A stretch of 64,000 nt of DNA from Candidatus Omnitrophota bacterium. GTDB lineage: Bacteria; Omnitrophota; Gorgyraeia; Zapsychrales; JANLHA01. The notes beneath the pieces are model-generated. The model made no database searches. It had not been told where the DNA came from and saw only the letters and a list, made by a program, of their open reading frames with translations. Each line of letters begins with the position of its first letter. Position 1 is the first letter of the stretch. A program made the translations under genes and the position numbers. Location: the NCBI GenBank assembly GCA_029560465.1, contig JAKQKX010000016.1, forward strand, positions 71,178-135,177. Direction: 5' to 3'. Positions 40,401-49,746 of the stretch are shown piece by piece.

Positions 40401-42131
40401 ATGATCGTGCCGATGAAAAAAGTTTTTCTCTTTGTTCAGGATAAAGACCTGGAGGCGGCCCTGCTCCGGTTAAGGGACATGGGCGTGCTGCACGTTGAGC
40501 ATTTGCGGACGCCGGTGGGCGAGGGCTTGAACCAACTCAAAGACGACATTAAGCTCCTGGAACAGGTCGTCGGGTACTTGACGCACGAGCATAAAAACCC
40601 GGACCAGGTGGACGCCGTAGACTGGGAAGAGACCGCGGATGTTGTTTTGGGGCTGGCGGCCTTAAGAGACGGTGACCGGGAGGGGATCGCTAAACGCCAG
40701 GTGCAGATCGAAGAGTGGGAGCCGTGGGGTGATTTCAGCCTGGAGGATATCGCACACATCCGCGCCCAAGGCCTGAAAGTGGAACTGGTGGAAGTCCCGG
40801 AAAAAGATGTTGGGAACGCGCCCGAAGGCGTTATCCTGGAGCCGGTTTTCACGAAACGCGGGGTTGCCCGGTGCCTGGCGCTGTCATATAAAGACGGCGA
40901 TATTCCTTATAAAACATTACCGTTTCCGTACCAACGGTTGAGCCGTCTTAAAGAAGAACAACTTTGGCTGCGCAAGCGGGTCAAAGAGTCGCATCAGCAG
41001 CTTTTGGATGACAGCAAATACCTGGATTATTTCCGGAGGACTCTCGCCCAGAAACGGGAACAGCTCGTTTTTGAAAATGTTATAGAGGGCCGTGAGATCA
41101 CCGGGCGCATCAATTATATTAAGGGGTTCTGTCCTGTCGACGCGGCCGGCCCGCTGGAAGCCGCAGCGCGGGAAGAACACTGGGGCCTGCTGCTGGAAGA
41201 CCCGTCGGAAAGTGATCAGGTGCCGACCCAGCTGCGCTATCCTTCCTGGGTGGCCATGATCAAACCTCTTTTTGCCATGACCCAGATTGTGCCGGGGTAC
41301 CGGGAAGTGGATATCAGCCCGTTTTTCCTGGTTTTCTTTAGCGTGTTCGTTGGGATATTGATCGGGGACGCGGGGTATGGCGCGGTGACCCTGTTGGGCC
41401 TTATCATTTTTTATTTTAGAATGAAGAAAGCGAACCGGCTGACCCCGGGAATAAAGACTTCGGTCCAACTTGGGTATCTGTTGAGCGGGTGCGTGATTCT
41501 ATGGGGCGTCTTAAGCGGCACCTATTTCGGCCAGGGCTGGCTGGACGGCACGGTCAAACCGCTGGTGCCCTGGGTCAACAATGAGCGTAATTTCCAGCTG
41601 CTTTGCTTTTTGATCGGCGCTGTTCATTTAACCATCGCGCACGCTTGGCGGCTGCTGCAGCGGCTGCCGTCTTTAACCGCGGTGGTGGAAGCCGGGTGGA
41701 TTCTGATCGTCTGGGCCATGTTTTTCATCGCGCGCATGTTGATCCTGGCGTATCCGCTACCGGCCGTAGCCAAATTTTTATTAGGAACAGGAATCTTTCT
41801 GGTTCTTTTCTTTACCAAACCCCAGCGGAATTTGATTAAAGCCGGGCTGGCCGGCCTGGGAAATTTGGCTTTAAACATCGTGAATTCCTTCACGGACGTT
41901 GTGTCGTATATCCGGCTTTACGCGGTGGGGCTGGCTTCCGTGGCCGTCGCTGACGCGGCCAACGCCATGCCTTTTATAGGCATGGTTTTGCTTCATGTGA
42001 TCAATTTTAACCTGGCGCTTCTGGCGTTGATGGTACACGGCGTGCGGTTGAACACCCTGGAATTTTCCGGCCACCTGGGCCTGGAGTGGGCGGGTTTTGC
42101 GTATGAACCGTTTCAGAAAACGAAGTCATAA
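40401..42131 (+). CDS. ntpI: V-type ATP synthase subunit I
   Basis: MIVPMKKV, PGY-E-D, GDAGYG, DVVSYIRLYAVGLA, HGVRLN-LEF. Confidence 0.96.
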   Translation: MIVPMKKVFLFVQDKDLEAALLRLRDMGVLHVEHLRTPVGEGLNQLKDDIKLLEQVVGYLTHEHKNPDQVDAVDWEETADVVLGLAALRDGDREGIAKRQVQIEEWEPWGDFSLEDIAHIRAQGLKVELVEVPEKDVGNAPEGVILEPVFTKRGVARCLALSYKDGDIPYKTLPFPYQRLSRLKEEQLWLRKRVKESHQQLLDDSKYLDYFRRTLAQKREQLVFENVIEGREITGRINYIKGFCPVDAAGPLEAAAREEHWGLLLEDPSESDQVPTQLRYPSWVAMIKPLFAMTQIVPGYREVDISPFFLVFFSVFVGILIGDAGYGAVTLLGLIIFYFRMKKANRLTPGIKTSVQLGYLLSGCVILWGVLSGTYFGQGWLDGTVKPLVPWVNNERNFQLLCFLIGAVHLTIAHAWRLLQRLPSLTAVVEAGWILIVWAMFFIARMLILAYPLPAVAKFLLGTGIFLVLFFTKPQRNLIKAGLAGLGNLALNIVNSFTDVVSYIRLYAVGLASVAVADAANAMPFIGMVLLHVINFNLALLALMVHGVRLNTLEFSGHLGLEWAGFAYEPFQKTKS

Positions 42132-42158
42132 AGGATTTTTATAAAAGAGGAGAGAGAG

Positions 42159-42605
42159 ATGGAACAGAACGTGTTAATGCAATTTCAGGATTTGGGGCTC
42201 GCTGCGGCCGTGTCGTTAGCCGCTATTGGATCGGCGCTTGGAAGCGGCTCGGCGGGGATGTCGGCGGTGGGTGCCTGGAAGAAGTGTTACGCGCAGAGCA
42301 AAGCGGCCCCGTTTTTGCTGGTCGCGTTTGTCGGCGCGCCACTCTCCCAGACCATTTACGGCATGATCCTGATGAATAAAATCGCCGGCGCAGTCCAGGG
42401 CGGAGCCTATTACTGGGGCGCCGGGATTTTCGGCGGGGCGGCCTTGGGTGTCTCGGCCTGGTTCCAGGGCAAGGCCGGTGCCGGAGCTGCTGACGCTTTG
42501 GCGGAGACCGGGAAGGGGTTCACGAATTATCTGATGGTGCTGGGGATTATTGAAACCGTGGCCCTGTTTGTCATGGTCTTTTTGCTGGGCAAGGTGGGGG
42601 CGTAA
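42159..42605 (+). CDS. ntpK: V-type ATP synthase subunit K (4-TM proteolipid)
   Basis: GSA-G, GAPLSQTIYG, QG, GIIETVALF. Confidence 0.95.
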   Translation: MEQNVLMQFQDLGLAAAVSLAAIGSALGSGSAGMSAVGAWKKCYAQSKAAPFLLVAFVGAPLSQTIYGMILMNKIAGAVQGGAYYWGAGIFGGAALGVSAWFQGKAGAGAADALAETGKGFTNYLMVLGIIETVALFVMVFLLGKVGA

Positions 42606-42633
42606 AGGGGTTCTGCCGGGTGAAAAGCCTGTG

Positions 42634-42662
42634 TTGACAGTTGTTTGAAAGAATAGTATTAT
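42634..42662 (+). promoter_or_regulatory. Sigma70 promoter for tRNA-Val
   Basis: TTGACA-17 bp-TATTAT. Confidence 0.75.
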
Positions 42663-42673
42663 AACACGATCTT

Positions 42674-42750
42674 GGGCGATTAGCTCAGCTGGTTAGAGCG
42701 TCCGGCTTACATCCGGGAGGTCGAGGGTTCAAGTCCTTCATCGCCCACCA
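42674..42750 (+). tRNA. tRNA-Val(TAC)
   Basis: Cloverleaf; anticodon arm TCCGG-CTTACAT-CCGGG; TTCAAGT loop; ends ACCA. Confidence 0.97.
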
Positions 42751-42761
42751 GAAATTTTTTC

Positions 42762-42790
42762 TTTACAAAAGCTTATTTGCATAATACACT
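42762..42790 (+). promoter_or_regulatory. Sigma70 promoter for tRNA-Asp
   Basis: TTTACA-17 bp-TACACT. Confidence 0.6.
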
Positions 42791-42811
42791 TATACTTTCC
42801 CAAAAGATTTT

Positions 42812-42889
42812 GGGCCCGTGGTGTAGCTTGGTTAACATATCTGACTGTCGATCAGAAGATCGCGAGTTCAAATCTCGTCGGGCCCGCCA
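42812..42889 (+). tRNA. tRNA-Asp(GTC)
   Basis: Anticodon arm TCTGA-CTGTCGA-TCAGA; TTCAAAT loop; ends GCCA. Confidence 0.97.
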
Positions 42890-42914
42890 TATAAGTTCCC
42901 GTTGTTGATGGGCG

Positions 42915-42966
42915 GGAGATAAAAAATCCCCTGAAGGTTGTATCCTTGAGGGGATTTTTTATCTCC
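42915..42966. terminator. Bidirectional-type terminator hairpin after the tRNAs
   Basis: Perfect 18-bp arms ggagataaaaaatcccct / aggggattttttatctcc. Confidence 0.85.
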
Positions 42967-43113
42967 ATAGGCCTCAAAGATTTCCAGAAGATATAATTTT
43001 ATGATTATGAGCGCCCTTGGGGCTGGGTTTTACATTTATTAAAGATATAAAACATCCGTGGTCAAAAAGCTGTGAAGGGGCTCTTTTTGTAGGCACCATC
43101 ATTAAGATTTTAT

Positions 43114-43163
43114 TTGACAAAATGTTTCGTGCGCAGTAAACTTTGTTGAAAATCGTTTCCATT
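43114..43163 (+). promoter_or_regulatory. fur promoter with a Fur-box-like operator just downstream
   Basis: TTGACA-17 bp-TAAACT; ttgaaaatcgtttccatt at 43146-43163. Confidence 0.7.
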
Positions 43164-43179
43164 TGAAAGAATAAAAAAT

Positions 43180-43653
43180 ATGCCTAATCGAGATGGAATG
43201 GGACCACCCTGGTGGCAGGCGAAGTTCAGGGGTTGCGGTTATCGGATCACGATCGCCCGGGAAGTTATTTTAAATACTTTGGCGAAGACAGAAGATCATT
43301 TAAGCGCAGAAGACATTTATAATCATATCCATACCAAGCATCCGAATATCGGTTTGACGACAATTTACCGGACATTAGACGTGCTGACCAATTTAGGGCT
43401 TGTTTATCGGTTTGATTTCGGCGATAAAAGGGCTCGTTACGAGCTCGCGGAAGGGCCTAAGGGGGCGCATCACCATCATCATCTTGTATGCACGGGGTGT
43501 AACCGTGTCGTTGATTATACGGATTTTATTGATGCAGAGGTCCGATTGCTCCAGGAGATAGAGCAGGTGTTGTCTAAAAAATATGGTTTTAAAATTACAA
43601 ATCATCTAATTCAGTTTTATGGATTGTGCAGTCGTTGCCAGGCAGACGGGTAG
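43180..43653 (+). CDS. fur: Fur family transcriptional regulator
   Basis: RIT-AR, HLSAEDIY, IGLTTIYRTL, HHHHHLVCTGC, FYGLCSRC. Confidence 0.95.
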   Translation: MPNRDGMGPPWWQAKFRGCGYRITIAREVILNTLAKTEDHLSAEDIYNHIHTKHPNIGLTTIYRTLDVLTNLGLVYRFDFGDKRARYELAEGPKGAHHHHHLVCTGCNRVVDYTDFIDAEVRLLQEIEQVLSKKYGFKITNHLIQFYGLCSRCQADG

Positions 43654-43673
43654 CCTATATTTTTTTAATTTTT

Positions 43674-43691
43674 AATGGAAATGATTCTTAA
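43674..43691. promoter_or_regulatory. Second Fur-box-like site before the downstream operon
   Basis: aatggaaatgattcttaa, 15/18 identical to the reverse complement of the 43146 site. Confidence 0.65.
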
Positions 43692-43705
43692 TAAAGGAGG
43701 AGAAT

Positions 43706-44063
43706 AAGCCGGGATTTGATGGGACGGATAGGCCCAAGGGAACAAGGATCGATGACAGGGTGACGGATACTGGCTATGCCGTTAACCGGCATTGGAGCCG
43801 GTCATTTCAAGGGCGTGGTCACGGGAACCCTGGCGGAGACAGAGGTGTCCGGGGGAACCTGCCAGTACGTTGCTGGTTTCTCGGATGACAGCGGGCTCAA
43901 GCAGGCTTTGGGACGCGGATATAGGTGCAAGGTGCAGTAAATATGGCGCCGCAAGAGGAATCTCAGCTGCCAAAAAACCAAGCTTAAGTTTTGACAGCAG
44001 CTTGCGGATACTCAAGAACGCATCGGCGCACTTGAAGACTCTAGCAAAAACAGCGGTCAATAA
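43706..44063 (+). pseudogene. DUF5320 family remnant
   Basis: AAAGGAGG RBS, start read as AAG, PGFDGT then frameshifted QGSMTG-stop; C-terminal QQLADTQERIGALE. Confidence 0.7.
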
Positions 44064-44137
44064 TTTTCGATACGACGGCCCGAATTTTAAGCGCGCAATT
44101 CGGGTCTTCGTCTTATTTAAAACAGAAAGAGGATGGT

Positions 44138-44509
44138 ATGAGAATCGGGATTACACTTGAAGACGAAAAAGGTTTTGAAAGCTATGTGGCGCAGCATTTC
44201 GGCCAATGCCGCTATTTTTTTATTGTCGATATCAAAGACAGCAAGATTGTGGAAACCAAGGTGGTGCCGAACAACGCTCAACATGGGGGCGGGGGATGCC
44301 AGGCCGTCGATGAGATTTTACGTCATAAAGTCAACTGTGTCATTGCCGGAGGGATGGGGGGTGGTGCCCAACAAAAATTTATGAACGCGGGTGTTCAGGT
44401 TTTCGGATACTCGGGTAAAGTTCAGGATGCTGTCAGAGATTTTTTAAAAGGTCCTTTAGGCGGCTTGGATGTGTGCCACGAGCAAGGACATGATGGGGAA
44501 TGCCGTTAA
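44138..44509 (+). CDS. NifB/NifX family (FeMo-cofactor-binding-like) protein
   Basis: V-QHFGQC-YF, HGGGGC, VIAGGMG--A, C-terminal C-E-GH---C. Confidence 0.9.
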   Translation: MRIGITLEDEKGFESYVAQHFGQCRYFFIVDIKDSKIVETKVVPNNAQHGGGGCQAVDEILRHKVNCVIAGGMGGGAQQKFMNAGVQVFGYSGKVQDAVRDFLKGPLGGLDVCHEQGHDGECR

Positions 44510-44562
44510 GTCATTAAGATGTTTTAAAAAGTAATAAAGATTCGACAGAAGGGCTGTTTCAT

Positions 44563-44923
44563 ATGATGATTTGTATCCCCATTGAGGGGCAGATAGTGGA
44601 TTTTAAAGTCGGTTCCCGTTTCGGCCGGTGCCGGTATTTTATAGGATACGCAAACCGGGAACGTTGACGTAGCCGGAAGTTCCTAGGCCCAGTTTTCCGG
44701 CGGGGCATGGATTCAGTCCGCGCAGGTTATGATTACTAAAGGAGTTAAATCCGTTGTGACCGGCAACGTAGGGCCGAATGCTTTTGGGGTATTGCCGGAC
44801 GGGATCGTTGTTTATTTGATAATGGCCGGAATGGTTCGTGAAGTTATCGAGAACTTCATGCCCGGGAAATTTGCCAAAACGGATTCGCCTGGGCCGGGGA
44901 AACAATTCAAAATGAATCCGTAA
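44563..44923 (+). pseudogene. Second NifB/NifX family gene, frameshifted
   Basis: MMICIPIEG...SRFGRCRYF in one frame; GVKSVVTGNVGPNAF in another, with internal stops. Confidence 0.78.
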
Positions 44924-44940
44924 GGAAGAGAGGGGAAAGC

Positions 44941-45354
44941 ATGGCACAGGCGCAAGCAACACAGGGACGGGAAAAGGCTTTCGGTTACGAGCTTCTTTTG
45001 GATTTTTATGATTGTAAGCAGGGCGTTTGCGATGATCTGGATCTATGTTATCGATTCCTCGATACTATCGTCGGGGAGTTGGGAATGGAAAAACAGGCGC
45101 CGCCAAGCATTTTTCGCAGTGACGCCAAGCGTTTCCCTGAGAAGGCTGGCCTCTCAGGCTGGGTCCCTTTGATTGAAAGTTCGGTTGTGATTCACACGTT
45201 GAGCCCAAAGAAATTTTTGACTATTGATGTCTATTCCTGCAAGGATTTTGATGAGGATAAGGCGTTAGAAGCCTGTAAAAAGTATTTTTTACCAGGGCGA
45301 GTTGAAGCTCAGTTCCTCCATAGGGGGCGAACATATTATGACATCCCAAATTGA
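44941..45354 (+). CDS. speD: Pyruvoyl-dependent S-adenosylmethionine decarboxylase family proenzyme
   Basis: G--LLLD-Y-C, GLSG-V-LIES-V-IHT, IDVYSCK-F, L-RG. Confidence 0.75.
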   Translation: MAQAQATQGREKAFGYELLLDFYDCKQGVCDDLDLCYRFLDTIVGELGMEKQAPPSIFRSDAKRFPEKAGLSGWVPLIESSVVIHTLSPKKFLTIDVYSCKDFDEDKALEACKKYFLPGRVEAQFLHRGRTYYDIPN

Positions 45355-45365
45355 GGGCTATATAA

Positions 45366-45992
45366 GTGGACAAGGCTGGCTTGGACCAAGAGGCATTAAG
45401 AAATCACAAAAGGTATGTTGAGCGCAAAGCGCTATATCAAAGTTTCGGTTATGACATCGATAAGGAACGGGGTTTTATTATTGAAGCAGCAAAACCCTTC
45501 AGCGGAAAAATCCTTGAAGCCGGAACAGGGAAGGGCTATTTTGCGCTTCTTTTAGCTCGAGCCGGTTGTTTGTTTACCACCTTTGACATTTCAAAAGAAG
45601 AACAGGATTATGCCCGCCTCAATCTACGTTATTTCAACCTCGAGCATTTGGCGGATTTTCGTGTTGAGAACGGAGAAGTTTTAAGTTTCTCGGACAAAAG
45701 TTTTGATACGATTTTCTCGGTTAATACCCTCCATCACCTCCGGGACCCCTATCAAGTGATCAATGAATTAGTGCGCGTTCTTGCGCTCGATGGCAAATTG
45801 ATCCTTAGCGATTTTACTGACAAGGGATTCGCCATAATGGAAAGAATTCATGCCAGGGAAGGCGGGAAGCATGATTCCGGGAAGATAAGGATAAAAGATG
45901 CCCAGGAATATTTGTTTAATCAAGGATTAGAAACATCAATAGCCCAAACCCAGTTTCAGGAAGTCCTGATCGCCCTAAGAAAGAGACCATGA
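45366..45992 (+). CDS. Class I SAM-dependent methyltransferase
   Basis: ILEAGTGKG, FDIS, F-D-SFD, LHH--DP...E--RVL--DG. Confidence 0.9.
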   Translation: MDKAGLDQEALRNHKRYVERKALYQSFGYDIDKERGFIIEAAKPFSGKILEAGTGKGYFALLLARAGCLFTTFDISKEEQDYARLNLRYFNLEHLADFRVENGEVLSFSDKSFDTIFSVNTLHHLRDPYQVINELVRVLALDGKLILSDFTDKGFAIMERIHAREGGKHDSGKIRIKDAQEYLFNQGLETSIAQTQFQEVLIALRKRP

Positions 45993-46133
45993 CCCTTTCG
46001 ATTGCCAGCGGTAAAAGGCGGAACGGGCAAGACGAACATCCTGGGATCACTGGCGGTGTTTGTTAAGAATGCGGTAAGTCCCGGGAGGTTGGCAGATTGC
46101 GATTACCCCGGACTTCTTGTCGAATTTATTTAG
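45989..46133 (+). pseudogene. Truncated MinD-like P-loop ATPase remnant
   Basis: MTLSIASGK, +1 A, GGTGKT...LADCD, then stop. Confidence 0.75.
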
Positions 46134-46184
46134 AAGAATAAGGGAGTCAGTGCGCTCAACGCATATAGGGATTTTATTTATGCG

Positions 46185-46595
46185 GTGGCAGCGGAAAGGA
46201 GTTTGGGAACGCCGATGAATAAAGAACAGGCCAATATCCCCCGATTTTATTTATGCCTTATAGAGAACAGAAAATTTTTGGGCCGGTTGTTGGACTTTAC
46301 GAGTCATGCCCGGCTGCAAGGTCCTTGCGGAGACTCGATGGAATTCTACTTGGTCATAGACCAAAACAAGATTAAAGCCGTGAAGTGCTTTACCGACGGC
46401 TGTGAGCCGACGAAAGCCTGCGCAGTGCTCGCGGCCAGCTTGGTTTTTGGGAAATCGATTGAGGAGGCCTTAAAGATATCTGCCGGAGACCTTATTGAGA
46501 GGATGCCTGACCTGCCGGAGTCCCATCGCCATTGTTCGATTCTGGCTGTGAGTACTTTGTACCGTGCTATTGCGGAGTATCTCTTAATGCATTAA
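46185..46595 (+). CDS. IscU/NifU-N type Fe-S scaffold
   Basis: GPCGDSM, TDGC--T-A, HCS-LA (three conserved Cys). Confidence 0.9.
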   Translation: MAAERSLGTPMNKEQANIPRFYLCLIENRKFLGRLLDFTSHARLQGPCGDSMEFYLVIDQNKIKAVKCFTDGCEPTKACAVLAASLVFGKSIEEALKISAGDLIERMPDLPESHRHCSILAVSTLYRAIAEYLLMH

Positions 46596-46612
46596 GGAGG
46601 GGGAATCGTCAC

Positions 46613-47395
46613 ATGAGGACATCATTCCAAAGTTAAGGGCCAATATTTTCAAAATTATATTCGCTTTCGGCGTCTGGGTGTCCATTTTATTAATTTTATT
46701 ATTTGGGGTGACAGGAAAACCGCGGTGGGACGTTTTGAGGTCCTTAAGGATTACTCAGCCCGGAGGTATTTCGCGGTGCGCACTTCCAAGCGGTTCGGGT
46801 AAACTGTTTGAAGAACTGAATCTTACGGAACTTGGCGGGCGGGTCAATGTTGGGAGCAAGAAATGTGTTTTAATGGCGGAGAATTCCCCTCAGGGCGATA
46901 ATCAAGTTTTACAAAAACATGATTGTCTTGACTGGGGCTGTTGGCGTCAACCTCAAGCATCGGGCAAAGGCTTCATCGTGTGGGATTCTGTTTTCTTATT
47001 TTCTGTTTATGCCGGCATGGCTTCATGTTTTTAAATATACGGGTTTTGTGGCTCTGTTAAGGACTGCGCTTGCACTGAGCGCGGGTATGATTAATTGCAA
47101 AGAAAGTTTTTTTCAAGAAAGGGGTCAGCCTGACCATCCAAGCCCAGCATAAGGGGCCGTTATTTTAAAAGATGCGAGAACCTGCGTTTTCGTATTGAAA
47201 AGGGGCCTTTGTGCGTCCTTGTTTATGTTTTGCCATGGACGGGGATTGTTCTTGTGATTATCCATGCTTTTAAAACGGCGCATTTCCCCCCAGCGTCAGG
47301 CAGAAATCATGAAGTATGTTGGAGGGATTATTATAATTCTCCCGGGATTGGCGCTCCTTGCCAATCCCGGGTTGTTGGGTATATCGATCAAATAA
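46613..47395 (+). pseudogene. Degraded redoxin/CcdA-like membrane protein
   Basis: Fragments in several frames: SYFLFMPAWL-VF, AG-IN-KE-FF, YVLP, IMKYVGGIIII-PGL-LL-NPGLL; RBS at 46597. Confidence 0.55.
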
Positions 47396-47411
47396 ACGAA
47401 AGAGAATAAAA

Positions 47412-48239
47412 ATGACTCAGCAAGATTTAATGAAAGAGCAGGACCAGCGTCTTAAGGAAAAGATGCCTAAAATTAAAAATAAATTGATCGTTATGAGCGG
47501 CAAGGGGGGCGTTGGAAAAACGTCTGTTGCGGTCAATTTGTCCTATGCCTTGGCTTCCTTTGGGCGGGAGGTGGGTCTTTTGGATGTGGATCTGCACGGG
47601 CCCAATATCGCGAAAATGTTGGGAATTGAACAGGCGTCGCTTTATACAACGGATTTGGGTATTGAGCCGGTTGAAGTCACTGCTCATTTAAAGGCGGTCA
47701 GCTTGGCTTTGACCGGAATGGATTGTGACCGGCCGGTCATCTGGCGGGGTCCGATGAAGAATTCGGCGATCCGGCAGTTTTTAAGTGATGTCAACTGGGG
47801 CGTGTTGGATTATTTAATCGTCGATTCTCCTCCGGGAACAGGGGATGAGCCCTTGAGTGTCTGTCAGTTAATTCCCGGGATGACCGGAGCGGTGATTGTG
47901 ACGACCCCCCAGGACGTGGCTGTTTTAGATGCGAGGAAGAGTGTTCTTTTCGCTAAAGAATTAAATATTCCAGTCATTGGGGTTATCGAGAACATGAGCG
48001 GTTTTATGTGCCCGCATTGCCGTCAGGAAGTTGATATTTTTAAGAGAGGCGGCGGGCAAAAAGCTGCTGAAGAATTGAATGTGCCGTTTTTAGGCAGGGT
48101 TCCTTTGGACCCGGAATTGGTGGTTTCGGCTGATAGCGGTAAGCCTTTTGTGTCTTTTAAAGGGGAATCGGCTGCGGCCAAGGCGTTTATTGAAGTTGTT
48201 AGAAAGATTGAGGCCTCGTTGTCAAAAGGAACGATTTAA
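47412..48239 (+). CDS. mrp: Mrp/NBP35 (ApbC) Fe-S carrier ATPase
   Basis: SGKGGVGKT, DVDLHGP, WRGP, DSPPGTGD, VTTPQ, ENMS-F-CPHC. Confidence 0.96.
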   Translation: MTQQDLMKEQDQRLKEKMPKIKNKLIVMSGKGGVGKTSVAVNLSYALASFGREVGLLDVDLHGPNIAKMLGIEQASLYTTDLGIEPVEVTAHLKAVSLALTGMDCDRPVIWRGPMKNSAIRQFLSDVNWGVLDYLIVDSPPGTGDEPLSVCQLIPGMTGAVIVTTPQDVAVLDARKSVLFAKELNIPVIGVIENMSGFMCPHCRQEVDIFKRGGGQKAAEELNVPFLGRVPLDPELVVSADSGKPFVSFKGESAAAKAFIEVVRKIEASLSKGTI

Positions 48240-48241
48240 GA

Positions 48242-49018
48242 ATGAGTAAGAAGAATTTTAAATATATTTTTGGGCCAGTCCCATCCTGGCGGTTGGGTTC
48301 TTCTTTAGGGATAGACCCCGTATCCAAAGGAAGAAAAGTTTGCAGTTTTGATTGCGTTTATTGCCAGTTGGGGAAGACAGGCCTTTTTACGGATGAGCGG
48401 ATGCTTTTTGTCCCGTGTAAAGAGGTTATTAAAGAGTTGGAGTCCGTCCCGGCTTTGAACGTTGATTACATCACTTTTTCAGGCGCCTGCGAGCCAACAC
48501 TCGCAGAGAATTTTGGGGAAATGATTAAGGCCGTAAAAGGCATAAGGCGGGAAAAAATCGCTGTCTTCACCAATGCTTCTTTGTTAAGCAGGGAAGATGT
48601 CCGGGAAGATTTATTGCCGGCGGATTTCGTAATTGTGAAACTGGACGCCTCTTCCCAGGAAGTTTTGACAGCCGTCAACCGTCCTACAAAAATAATTGTT
48701 TTTGAAAATATCGTTGCTGGGATAAAGCTGTTTCGGAAAGATTACAAGGGGCGGCTGGCGTTGCAAATTATGTTTATTGAACAAAATAAGGCATACGCAC
48801 AGGATATCGCTCGAATCGCCCAGGAAATTCATCCGGATGAAGTTCAAATCAATACACCGCTGAGGCCCTCCAGGGTAAAACCGTTGTCTCAAGGAGAAAT
48901 TGACAGGATATCCCGTTATTTTGATGGACTGAATATCGTCTCGGTTTATAAAGCTCAGAGGAGGGCGGTCCAGCCGATCAGTGATGAAGAGACATTGAAA
49001 AGAAGGGGCAAGATATAA
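48242..49018 (+). CDS. Radical SAM protein
   Basis: FGPVPSWRLG-SLGID, CSFDCVYC, TFSG--EPT, NTP-RP. Confidence 0.92.
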   Translation: MSKKNFKYIFGPVPSWRLGSSLGIDPVSKGRKVCSFDCVYCQLGKTGLFTDERMLFVPCKEVIKELESVPALNVDYITFSGACEPTLAENFGEMIKAVKGIRREKIAVFTNASLLSREDVREDLLPADFVIVKLDASSQEVLTAVNRPTKIIVFENIVAGIKLFRKDYKGRLALQIMFIEQNKAYAQDIARIAQEIHPDEVQINTPLRPSRVKPLSQGEIDRISRYFDGLNIVSVYKAQRRAVQPISDEETLKRRGKI

Positions 49019-49025
49019 TTTCAAA

Positions 49026-49496
49026 ATGGAACTGTTAGATATTAAGAGATATCCTGAATCTATTTTAAGAGAAAAATGCGCGCCTGTCGCAGAGATTACG
49101 GATAAAGAAAGGCGGCTTTTTGAAGAGATGCTTTTTACCATGCGGCACTGTGCCGGAATTGGTTTAGCGGCCCCGCAAGTCGGGATTGCCCGAAATATGA
49201 TTGTCGCTGATATTGGGAAAGGGGCTGTTCAATTGGCGAATCCCTTAATTCTTTGGAGAAAAGGCGGGGACCATTTGGAGGAGGGATGTTTAAGCATCCC
49301 AGGGGTTTCGGTAAATATCGAAAGATCTTATGAGGTTGCTGTAAGCGGTTTAAATGAAAAAGGGCAAGCGGTAGAACTTAAAGCCAAAGGGCTTATGGCA
49401 AGGGTGCTTCAGCATGAAATTGACCATTTAAAAGGGAGGTTGATTGTTGATTATTTAAGCCTTTTCGAAAGGATGAAGCTGAAATTCCGCCGATGA
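49026..49496 (+). CDS. def: Peptide deformylase
   Basis: GIGLAAPQVG, EGCLS, QHEIDH. Confidence 0.97.
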   Translation: MELLDIKRYPESILREKCAPVAEITDKERRLFEEMLFTMRHCAGIGLAAPQVGIARNMIVADIGKGAVQLANPLILWRKGGDHLEEGCLSIPGVSVNIERSYEVAVSGLNEKGQAVELKAKGLMARVLQHEIDHLKGRLIVDYLSLFERMKLKFRR

Positions 49497-49549
49497 TGAC
49501 GTAAGGGGCTTAGATAAAAAAATTTTTATAGAATCCCCGGGTATTAGTC

Positions 49550-49732
49550 ATGGAGGAAAGCACGATGAATGTGTTTGTGAGGATTTTTGCTTTTATTTGT
49601 CAAATATGTCCGCTTTGTTTTGTGGCAAGGCGTTTTCCAGAATCCAAATTTGCTTTAGGCATGAAACAATTGAGTAAGATTTGTCCCTTTTGTCTTGCGT
49701 ATAAAGAAATGAAAAAAGATACAAAGAGTTAA
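49550..49732 (+). CDS. Small Cys-rich protein (start may be ATG 49565)
   Basis: CQICPLC...CPFC; GGAGG upstream of the second Met; fits operon spacing. Confidence 0.65.
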   Translation: MEESTMNVFVRIFAFICQICPLCFVARRFPESKFALGMKQLSKICPFCLAYKEMKKDTKS

Positions 49733-49746
49733 TAAACTAAGGAATA

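Noticed and set aside
43792-44160. 122-aa ORF after fur
   Set aside because: Off-frame read through the DUF5320 pseudogene.
44138-46595. Nitrogen fixation cluster
   Set aside because: Only NifX-like and IscU-like domains are present; no nifHDK or nifEN.
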